From IMG/VR virus record IMGVR_UViG_3300045282_000148, positions 1-51,177 of that record: a stretch of DNA of 51,177 nucleotides, one strand, 5' to 3'. Below, in pieces: positions 44,422-51,177 of this stretch (position 1 is the stretch's first letter; each line of letters begins with the position of its first letter). The stretch comes from a virus. Taxonomy: Duplodnaviria; Caudoviricetes. The translations under genes and the position numbers were made by a program. The notes under the pieces were generated by a model. It did not search any database. It had not been told where the DNA came from and saw only the letters and a program-made list of their open reading frames with translations.

Positions 44422-45043
44422 CCATAACAGGTATCGTCAAAGCCTTTTCTGTAGTCCATCCACGTTGCAGTCGCATTGAGATTGTGTACTGACTGATGCC
44501 GAGTTTTTCAGCCCATTCTACGATGCAAAGAGTCTCGCCGTTGAATGTCAATTTCGTGTTGCTTCGTCTATTGCGTTGCTGGTGTTTGTAGTCCGTCCAG
44601 CGGCAATTGCCAGGTTCGTAGTTCCGTTCATTGTCAATTCGATCAAGCATTAGGCCATCTGGGCAAAGGCCCATATCGGCCAAAAAGTTCTCAAACGAGT
44701 TCCTCCATCGGTCGCAAACGACAATCCCGCGGCCGCCATAGTCAGCATGATTTTTGTGATCGAGATCGTAGCAACGAAGTTTCATGTTGGTCCATGCACG
44801 ATGAGTGCGAGTGTGGGATAAGCCGTGAGTTTTGTGAGCACAGCTATTGCAGGCACTAGCTCCGTTGCGAAGATTCCAAGACCGAGTGACGATTAGATTT
44901 CCACATTTGCACTGACAACGAAAATGTTTTTGCCCGGACGGAGCTAGGAAAACCTCGACAACCTTAAGCAATCCGAATTCATCGCCTACGGAAACGAGTA
45001 GACGACAAGGACGACCAGGTTTACGCTGTTCTTCAGACATCAT
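44399..45043 (-). CDS. HNH-type homing endonuclease
   Basis: HGLSHT..W.NMKLRC...YGGRGIVVCDRW..FENFLADMG...LDRIDN...YEPGNCRW. Confidence 0.9.
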   Translation of the reverse strand: MMSEEQRKPGRPCRLLVSVGDEFGLLKVVEVFLAPSGQKHFRCQCKCGNLIVTRSWNLRNGASACNSCAHKTHGLSHTRTHRAWTNMKLRCYDLDHKNHADYGGRGIVVCDRWRNSFENFLADMGLCPDGLMLDRIDNERNYEPGNCRWTDYKHQQRNRRSNTKLTFNGETLCIVEWAEKLGISQYTISMRLQRGWTTEKALTIPVMVKKPYTV

Positions 45044-45110
45044 GACCTCCGAGAAAGGTTGTGAAGTTTAGAGCAGCCGGACGCCAATCCGGCTGTTCGC
45101 ATTATAACAG
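45044..45110 (-). promoter_or_regulatory. Extended -10 promoter plus hairpin leader of HNH gene
   Basis: TGTTATAAT-GCGAACAGCCGG...CCGGCTGCTCTAAAC...GGAGGT. Confidence 0.7.
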
Positions 45111-45120
45111 AGTCTGTTAA

Positions 45121-45264
45121 ATGCCACAAGGCTCCAAGGTAGACAAGATATTCAACTCCCTGAAGGATAAGGGCTATTCCGCGGGTAAGGCCGCGCGGAT
45201 CGCACAGTCTGTCTCGGGCGAGGCGCTCAAGACCGGCAAGCCACCGAAGCACGCCAAGAAATGA
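45121..45264 (+). CDS. 47-aa basic protein not in ORF track
   Basis: MPQGSKVDKIFNSLKDKGYSAGKAARIAQSVSGEALKTGKPPKHAKK. Confidence 0.6.
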   Translation: MPQGSKVDKIFNSLKDKGYSAGKAARIAQSVSGEALKTGKPPKHAKK

Positions 45265-45265
45265 C

Positions 45266-45685
45266 ATGCCGACTAAACCATCGGCTTATGCGGTCAAGAC
45301 GCTCGCACAACGAGCAGAGGATTATCGACGGGCGTCGGCAGCGAATCGGGGACTATTCAAGCCGGCCGGGGGTCAAGGCGCCGGAAAAGACTTATATGAT
45401 CTCAGCAACTGGCTGAGTGACGCGGGGATCGAACGGTTTGAGAACTTCCTCATTAGCGGGCAAGGTTGGTTCGAGGTCGAAGGCGCTGCGTCAACATGGG
45501 TGAGTAGGTTTGGCTATTGGGTTCAGAGTGGACAAGGGGGGCTTGCAATCCAGTTTCATGATGGCGCGACTTGCTGGTATCCTTCGCTGGCTTTCTTTTG
45601 GTTCGGTGCGATGAGGCAAGCCGCCAGCAAGGGCAAGTTCATTCATGAGTACATCTACAAAAAAGTCGGCTACCAACTCGTCTAA
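45266..45685 (+). CDS. KTSC-domain protein
   Basis: STWVSRFGY...LAIQFHDGATCWY...MRQAASKGKFIHEYI. Confidence 0.7.
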   Translation: MPTKPSAYAVKTLAQRAEDYRRASAANRGLFKPAGGQGAGKDLYDLSNWLSDAGIERFENFLISGQGWFEVEGAASTWVSRFGYWVQSGQGGLAIQFHDGATCWYPSLAFFWFGAMRQAASKGKFIHEYIYKKVGYQLV

Positions 45686-45908
45686 GCCGATCTTCGACCC
45701 CAATACCGTCTTGATGAATCGCTTCCTAGCGGAGCGACTCGATCAACTCTTCGAGGACTTCGAGCGGCCGGCTCGGATGCTGTTGCAGCGGCATGGCCTC
45801 AATAGCGTCTCCGAAACCAAGTGCCTTACCGAATGGCTCGAACGTCGCCTGCGGCTTATCCGCGGTGAAGGCAGCCCGGTTAGTCTTACTCATCAGGCGT
45901 TCGGATAA
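45645..45908 (+). CDS. Hypothetical protein
   Basis: 87 aa, coupled. Confidence 0.5.
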   Translation: MSTSTKKSATNSSKPIFDPNTVLMNRFLAERLDQLFEDFERPARMLLQRHGLNSVSETKCLTEWLERRLRLIRGEGSPVSLTHQAFG

Positions 45909-46246
45909 TGGGACAGACAACGCCAACCGGCAATGACGTGCCTGCTGTCGATCAGAGTTTAACGACTTTGATTGCCAATGAACTGACGTTGGTCACGACG
46001 TTGCAAGCCGAACTGGCCGCAGTCAACGCCTTGCTCGTCACGGCCAACGCGACCCCACAGCCAAATTACACGGTTTCTGGGCCGGATGGCTCACAGACCC
46101 TAGATTGGAACGGATACCGGCAGAATCTAGTAAATCAAGCGTCAAACCTGCTGAACCAGATCGACATGGCCCAGAAACGAATCAAGGAATGGTTCGGAAT
46201 CAAAACCATGAATTTACCCTATTTTAGGGTCCGTAAAGGGCGATAA
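45908..46246 (+). CDS. Putative head completion/adaptor protein
   Basis: PNYTVSGPDGSQTLDWNGYRQNL resembles gpW-like adaptors; position. Confidence 0.55.
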   Translation: MGQTTPTGNDVPAVDQSLTTLIANELTLVTTLQAELAAVNALLVTANATPQPNYTVSGPDGSQTLDWNGYRQNLVNQASNLLNQIDMAQKRIKEWFGIKTMNLPYFRVRKGR

Positions 46247-46247
46247 C

Positions 46248-46862
46248 TTACTTGCGTTTCATTTGGCGAGGCGGCTGTGTCAATGCTCTTTCGACCGACC
46301 ATCCCAATTTAAATAGCCGATCCCAAATCCCCTGATATGACATCCCGCAGATTTTTGCCCATCCGTAGAGATCATGAACTTCGCCGCGAAATTCGATTTT
46401 GGATTCATACTTCCCCGTAGGGACCGTCAGTGCTCTTTCAATTGACCAGCCGTAATCGCACAACCGTGTACTGAGCGTTTTTTGAGAAATGCCGAGTATT
46501 TCAGACCACTTAGCAAGACAATGAATCTGTCCCTGAAATTCGATCATCCGATTGCTGCGGCGATTCCGGCCTTGCTGCTTGCGCGTAGCCCAAATGCAAT
46601 TTTGCGGCTCATATCCTCGGTCATTGTCTTTGCGCTCCAGAGTCATTTGGGGCGGCGGCTGGCCCATATCGGCAAGGAAGTTTGGAAACGACATCCAACG
46701 CTCGCAGACCGTAATTCCGCGTCCACCATACGATTTCCATTGATGGGAATCTGGATTCGTACAGCGTTGGAGCATGGCGCACCAGATAACGTGGATTCGC
46801 GTTTTGGTCAATCCGTGGTAGTGCCGACGATAGGGTCGTATGGTACGATCAATCTTAGACAT
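46248..46862 (-). CDS. HNH-type homing endonuclease with duplicated C-terminal DNA-binding repeat
   Basis: HGLTKT...YGGRGITVCERW...NCIWAT; two IEFxG...GWSxERALT repeats. Confidence 0.9.
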   Translation of the reverse strand: MSKIDRTIRPYRRHYHGLTKTRIHVIWCAMLQRCTNPDSHQWKSYGGRGITVCERWMSFPNFLADMGQPPPQMTLERKDNDRGYEPQNCIWATRKQQGRNRRSNRMIEFQGQIHCLAKWSEILGISQKTLSTRLCDYGWSIERALTVPTGKYESKIEFRGEVHDLYGWAKICGMSYQGIWDRLFKLGWSVERALTQPPRQMKRK

Positions 46863-46932
46863 CGTGACCTCCATTCAGGTTTCGATCGTTTAGAGCAGCC
46901 CGGCGCCTACCGGGCTGCTCGCATTATAGCAG
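46863..46932 (-). promoter_or_regulatory. Extended -10 promoter plus hairpin leader of HNH gene
   Basis: TGCTATAAT-GCGAGCAGCCCGG...CCGGGCTGCTCTAAAC...GGAGGT. Confidence 0.7.
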
Positions 46933-46940
46933 AATTTTAG

Positions 46941-47321
46941 ATGCTTACCGCAGACATCACCCAGGACTATAAGGTTTTCGATTTCCTCCAGCCGGTAACG
47001 TATTATGTCCGCACGGCCGATTCTGTTTGGGATGGCGGGCATACGGTTGCCAACTGTTGGTTCCAAGACACGATCCGCAGCGCCTTGACTGACGGCTGCG
47101 ATCTGAAAAAGAAATACGGCGCCCTGACGATCTGGATGAAAGAATGGTTCGACGATACATTGGTTCCGAAGCGTGGAGATAAGTTTGTAATCGCGGAAGT
47201 CCAAGCATTTTCCGGCGGCTCAACAACGACCTCGAACACGTATATCGTCGAGAACGTAGATGTGGATGCGTTCCGCTCGCAGGCGATGCGGTTGACGGCT
47301 TTTAGAATCGGGGGATCGTGA
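46941..47321 (+). CDS. Putative head-tail joining (closure) protein
   Basis: PKRGDKFVI...YIVENVD; position. Confidence 0.55.
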   Translation: MLTADITQDYKVFDFLQPVTYYVRTADSVWDGGHTVANCWFQDTIRSALTDGCDLKKKYGALTIWMKEWFDDTLVPKRGDKFVIAEVQAFSGGSTTTSNTYIVENVDVDAFRSQAMRLTAFRIGGS

Positions 47322-47322
47322 A

Positions 47323-47586
47323 ATGGTGATCTGGACCAACGAAGACGAAACTACGATTGAATGGACCGACGAGCAAGTCAACGCTTGTCCGTCACTCGCG
47401 GGCGGAAAAGCCATTCGCGTTGCTGCTCAGCTTGCTGGTCATGCCGTATACCTTGCAACTGGCGCAGTCGGTCGCTTGGACTTCGATCATCCGACCGCTT
47501 ATTCCGCTGACGCGAGGGTTCGCGAGATAACCAAGAATCACGGCTCATTTGGAGCGACATTGACGGCAATCATTGAGTTTGAGTAA
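47323..47586 (+). CDS. Hypothetical protein
   Basis: 87 aa in operon. Confidence 0.5.
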   Translation: MVIWTNEDETTIEWTDEQVNACPSLAGGKAIRVAAQLAGHAVYLATGAVGRLDFDHPTAYSADARVREITKNHGSFGATLTAIIEFE

Positions 47587-47588
47587 CC

Positions 47589-48014
47589 ATGCCCAGTACC
47601 GCAGACCCCATACTGGCTTCGCTTGCCTCAACTTTTACAGGGCTGGGCTATACCGTTAAAACGGCCACCGAGCCGAAGGTGATGGAATGGGACGCGGCAT
47701 TGCCGCTGACTAGGATATGCCCAGTTACGAGACCCACGATCGAATGGCATGCTTTCCAGCATCGAAATGTTCTCCAACGCTATCAGGTCGTTTATGTCCA
47801 AGCCAATAATTTAGACCCGACTGTCGACGTAAATGCGAATCAATTCAAGCTGGATTTGATTAACAATTTTCAGGGACCAAATACAGCACTGGCGGCGGTT
47901 GCGGGGGTATGGAATTCAATCGTGAGCGATGACGTGGATTACGACAGGTCGCTATTACCTCAAGGCTACAACTATACAACGGCTATTGTCGAGGTCTCAT
48001 GGATTGAGTCGTGA
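47589..48014 (+). CDS. Putative tail terminator protein
   Basis: 141 aa; positional call. Confidence 0.5.
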   Translation: MPSTADPILASLASTFTGLGYTVKTATEPKVMEWDAALPLTRICPVTRPTIEWHAFQHRNVLQRYQVVYVQANNLDPTVDVNANQFKLDLINNFQGPNTALAAVAGVWNSIVSDDVDYDRSLLPQGYNYTTAIVEVSWIES

Positions 48015-48417
48015 GAATCCGCTCTATCGACCATCCATAATTCAACCGCGAGCGAATTATGCTATGATGGATGCCTGTGATTTTCGACCATTCAGAAACG
48101 GTTCGACGTATTCCTTGATATTCAAGCACCCGATTATGTCTCGTGTTGTTCATTTGCTCGGTTTTTGTGCGCCAATAGCAATTGTCGGGACTATAGCCGC
48201 GGTCATTATTTATCCGGTCCAACTCTAATCCCTTTGGACGTTTACCCATATCCTCCAAAAAATTCTCGAATTTGAGCCATCGTTTACAGACAGTAATTCC
48301 GCGACCGCCGTAATCATAGAAACGAGGATGTCGAGGTCTCAGACAGCGTCCAATCATGCTGTTCCAACAATCGTATTCTGGCGTTTTGCTCAAACCATGT
48401 GTTGTATTTCCGTTCAT
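47983..48417 (-). CDS. HNH-type homing endonuclease
   Basis: HGLSKTPEYDCWNSMIGRC...YGGRGITVCKRWLKFENFLEDMG...LDRINND..YSPDNC. Confidence 0.9.
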   Translation of the reverse strand: MNGNTTHGLSKTPEYDCWNSMIGRCLRPRHPRFYDYGGRGITVCKRWLKFENFLEDMGKRPKGLELDRINNDRGYSPDNCYWRTKTEQMNNTRHNRVLEYQGIRRTVSEWSKITGIHHSIIRSRLNYGWSIERILTTQSMRPRQ

Positions 48418-48475
48418 AGATAACCTCCATAAACCAAATAGAATTTCTTAATCAAGATTTGTCAACAGGTGAATC

Positions 48476-48886
48476 ATGGCCGACGTTACTGTAACCGCCG
48501 CCAATGTCAAGAAATTAAGCGGTACTTCGCAAACCAATATCACCGGGGCCGCATTCACCGCTGGCCAGACGCTGTACATTGACGCTAATCAACTGGCTCA
48601 ACTAGCGGATGGTGATCTATCCGCCACGACGGCCCTGGCAGTAGGCATGGCTCTTTGCAATGCCGCCCTAGGTCAACCGGTCACTTGGGCTGGCGCCGGG
48701 TCCGTTGTCACGGTCGGCGGAACTGTGGCCGCTGGCGTGCTCTATATCCAATCCGCCAATGCGGGCGGTTTCACTGCGGACGCTCCAGCCACTGGCGTAA
48801 AAACACTCTTGGTGGGCATCGGTAATAATGCCACCGACGTTACTCTGCTATTCGTCACCTCTAGCAATCAGGCGGCCCACGCATGA
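48476..48886 (+). CDS. Virion structural protein (cement/decoration-like)
   Basis: MADVTVTAANV...GAAFTAGQTLY...AVGMAL.NAALGQPVT. Confidence 0.6.
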   Translation: MADVTVTAANVKKLSGTSQTNITGAAFTAGQTLYIDANQLAQLADGDLSATTALAVGMALCNAALGQPVTWAGAGSVVTVGGTVAAGVLYIQSANAGGFTADAPATGVKTLLVGIGNNATDVTLLFVTSSNQAAHA

Positions 48887-49311
48887 GCGCCACATATCAA
48901 CCGCAAGCCGGTTACGTCGCCAAAATCGTTTTCAATGGCGTTCAACTCAATCTGTTTGAATACGACTATGAAGACGACATGGACGTACAGAACGCGCCAG
49001 CGTTCAATCAGGTCTCAGCAGCCCGCGGACCGTTGTCCACAGTGGGTTACATGAGCCATACGCCTGGCTTGATTACGGGTTGGTGCTCGGGAACAGGGGT
49101 CTTTGACCAATTGACGCAATCGGTCAATGGGATCAAAGTCGGCTTCGTCGGCACGATGGCGCTCTATATCAATAACAGCGTCATCAGCAGTTCGGCCAAT
49201 GCAATCTGCAAGCGGTGGCACGTCAAATCGTCTGCTCCGGGGCAAACGATCGTTTCCGGATTCTGGATTTACGACGAGGTGTTTACGGACTTTGCGAACA
49301 CCAGCGCATAG
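48883..49311 (+). CDS. Putative tail tube protein
   Basis: 142 aa beta-rich, upstream of chaperone genes. Confidence 0.5.
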   Translation: MSATYQPQAGYVAKIVFNGVQLNLFEYDYEDDMDVQNAPAFNQVSAARGPLSTVGYMSHTPGLITGWCSGTGVFDQLTQSVNGIKVGFVGTMALYINNSVISSSANAICKRWHVKSSAPGQTIVSGFWIYDEVFTDFANTSA

Positions 49312-49323
49312 GAGACCGTTCCT

Positions 49324-49767
49324 ATGTCCGGCCCGTTCGCCGCTTACCCCGGATATTCCGCCAAATTGCAATTGGGTCCGATTCGTAGCGGACCAGGCAG
49401 CTTGATTGCAATTCCAGCAACCGACTGGTTCTTTCCAGAGCGGATTAACGTACGAACAATCTATTCGTCCGCTGGCGGTCAATTCTCCGATTCGCTCACC
49501 GGACAGTTCTTGCCTTCCGATTTAGTCGTGACCGGCTTCATGAGGTCAGATTACAATCCGTTTGTCAATCTTCCTATCGGCGTAGGCCGCCAGATCGGCG
49601 CTGCATTAACGCCCAATTCCAGTACGTCCGACCCCGCTGCACTCGTGCCAGCCCTCGTAACGCTTTTAGACGTTCGCGCAGCCGCCAATGGCGCTGTAGT
49701 ATACGTAATAGGACTGCGAGCGCTCTGGCGTTGGCAATCATTCACCGGAAGGATCGCAGGATACTAA
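49324..49767 (+). CDS. Putative second tail-tube-like protein
   Basis: 147 aa; PGYSAKL resembles AGYVAKI of previous gene. Confidence 0.45.
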   Translation: MSGPFAAYPGYSAKLQLGPIRSGPGSLIAIPATDWFFPERINVRTIYSSAGGQFSDSLTGQFLPSDLVVTGFMRSDYNPFVNLPIGVGRQIGAALTPNSSTSDPAALVPALVTLLDVRAAANGAVVYVIGLRALWRWQSFTGRIAGY

Positions 49768-49769
49768 CC

Positions 49770-50189
49770 ATGCTTTCGGAACCGATCCAAGTCGATCTCG
49801 GCGGACAAGCTTACAAGTGCTGTTATTTGACCCAAAAAATCCAGGGGGATTGGGAGCGGTGGGTCGAACGGCATGAATTGGGCCTGCTCCGCGAAAGCCA
49901 GGCGGAATTGACGATCGACGAATTCGACCGCGCCCTTTCAACGCACCGTTTCAAGTCTAAGAATCACGGCTACGAACTCGGCACGTCAGAGAATGAGCGC
50001 TGGATGCGGACCAAGGAGGGTTTCAAGTATCTGATGTGGCAATGTTTCACTCAGGCGGGAAGCGCAGTGCTCGAAGATGAAATGGCCGCGTTGATCGACG
50101 GGCACCCTGCCGAGTTTAAGGAACTGTGGGGGCAACTTGTCGAAGAATACTTGGACTCAATCGGAAAAAAAGAAATCCCTGGCTCTTGA
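49770..50189 (+). CDS. Tail assembly chaperone (gpG-like)
   Basis: Ends GKKEIPGS over slippery A7; precedes tape-measure candidate. Confidence 0.65.
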   Translation: MLSEPIQVDLGGQAYKCCYLTQKIQGDWERWVERHELGLLRESQAELTIDEFDRALSTHRFKSKNHGYELGTSENERWMRTKEGFKYLMWQCFTQAGSAVLEDEMAALIDGHPAEFKELWGQLVEEYLDSIGKKEIPGS

Positions 50190-50350
50190 TCCCGTTCCTC
50201 AGTGTCGCGGAGATCCAGGGATTGACCAACAGCGAGATTGAGGAATTGTGCCGAATCCATATCGACAAGGACAGTAACTACGTGAGCAATCATGATCTGA
50301 GACGGTTGCTCGTCAACTCGATCCAGCACGCTTTTACGATGCCTAGATAA
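50165..50350 (+). CDS. -1 frameshift extension (gpGT-like)
   Basis: A AAA AAA at 50165-50171; -1 frame open to 50350. Confidence 0.6.
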   Translation, partial: KKRNPWLLIPFLSVAEIQGLTNSEIEELCRIHIDKDSNYVSNHDLRRLLVNSIQHAFTMPR

Positions 50351-51177
50351 TGCCCTCCGAAGATAAACTCACCGAACAGATTACCATTGCCGCAGAGGGC
50401 ATTAAGCAGCTCGTCGAGCAAGGGAAGAAGACGCTTTCGGCCACCGAGCACCTGGCGCGAGGCGTATCGCCAGCGGCCGCGACGGCATTCGCACAAGCCG
50501 CATCGTCTCCGGTGGCGAGAGAATTCGCCCAAGCCGGATTGCGAAACCCAGCCGTACCTCCGGCAGTCCATGAAGGAATCAGCCAGATTCAGGTGGCGAG
50601 TAAGCCACCGGCCGCGAAGGCGTTGCGGCCAGATCAATGGCCCCAAGGAATGCCCTCATTGCCGTCGCCGGCCGTCTCGCAGACCGTCCATCAGGAAGTA
50701 GCCCAAATTCAGGCCGCAAGTCAGCCCCAGGCCAAGCGGAGCTTTCCAGAATCGTTTGAGGCCATCCAAGCGCGGATGTTGCACGCTGTAAGCATTGGGG
50801 CCGACCCTATAGCAGCCGCTAGGACTGGCGGTGGAATGCCATTGAAGCCCAGCCAATGGCCCGCTGGGATGCCTGGCTTGCCCGTAGGCTCACCGGGGAA
50901 CCCGGCACCGCCGGGGATGCCGGGCTTGCCAACGCCTGCCGTACCGTCGCCACCGTCTCCTCAACAGGCCTCCGGTGGTGGAGAGGGCGGAGGATTTTTC
51001 TCAATGCCGAGTTTCCGAGGTGTCGCAGCCGCGGCCGGACTTGGGCTTGGAGCTATACAACTCATTAAAGGTCAATTGTTTCGCGAGTTTAATGCTGGTT
51101 CAGGGATGGCCCAATGGAACAAGGAAAACGCCAATGCTCTCGATTACCAGACAAGTCCGCTACGATTGCTCACACAA
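50350..51177 (+). CDS. 5' part of origin-spanning putative tape measure protein (MPSEDKLTEQITIAAEG...)
   Basis: Open frame from ATG 50350 through the junction to 388; 362 aa in total. Confidence 0.6.
   Translation, partial: MPSEDKLTEQITIAAEGIKQLVEQGKKTLSATEHLARGVSPAAATAFAQAASSPVAREFAQAGLRNPAVPPAVHEGISQIQVASKPPAAKALRPDQWPQGMPSLPSPAVSQTVHQEVAQIQAASQPQAKRSFPESFEAIQARMLHAVSIGADPIAAARTGGGMPLKPSQWPAGMPGLPVGSPGNPAPPGMPGLPTPAVPSPPSPQQASGGGEGGGFFSMPSFRGVAAAAGLGLGAIQLIKGQLFREFNAGSGMAQWNKENANALDYQTSPLRLLTQ
51051..51177. repeat. Terminal direct repeat copy 2
   Basis: Identical to 1-127. Confidence 0.97.

Noticed and set aside
1-51177. Stop-codon reassignment
   Set aside because: Core genes are full length in the standard code and TAA, TAG and TGA all serve as stops

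Overview
The window is a complete, circular ~51.05 kb tailed dsDNA phage genome: bases 1-127 equal 51051-51177, most likely an assembler overlap. The host is inferred to be a Planctomycetota-like bacterium, based on planctomycete-style c-type cytochrome and secreted proteins, a CsrA homologue and leaderless promoters. Layout: tail-tip genes (385-2959); a stand-alone RNAP alpha-CTD-like gene; a minus-strand block with terminase and fibre/spike genes (3624-11757); early recombination/replication genes (Rad52/Mgm101-like, ParB-like, SF2 helicase, RusA, many small ORFs; 11907-26974); an unusual envelope module (27143-37758); then portal, protease/scaffold, Mu gpT-like capsid and head-tail/tail genes with three antisense HNH endonucleases. 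The envelope module holds an S53 sedolisin protease, two secreted CxxCH heme-motif proteins, a ~600 bp non-coding cluster with two aberrant tRNA-like RNAs, and many small membrane proteins. I recognised no integrase, polymerase, primase or endolysin. The strongest leads are the cytochrome-c/protease module, the tRNA-like RNAs with expanded anticodon domains, a 143-nt multistem ncRNA candidate and recurrent A-B-A'-B' RNA switch leaders. All family assignments come from motif recognition by eye; no database search or folding computation was run.
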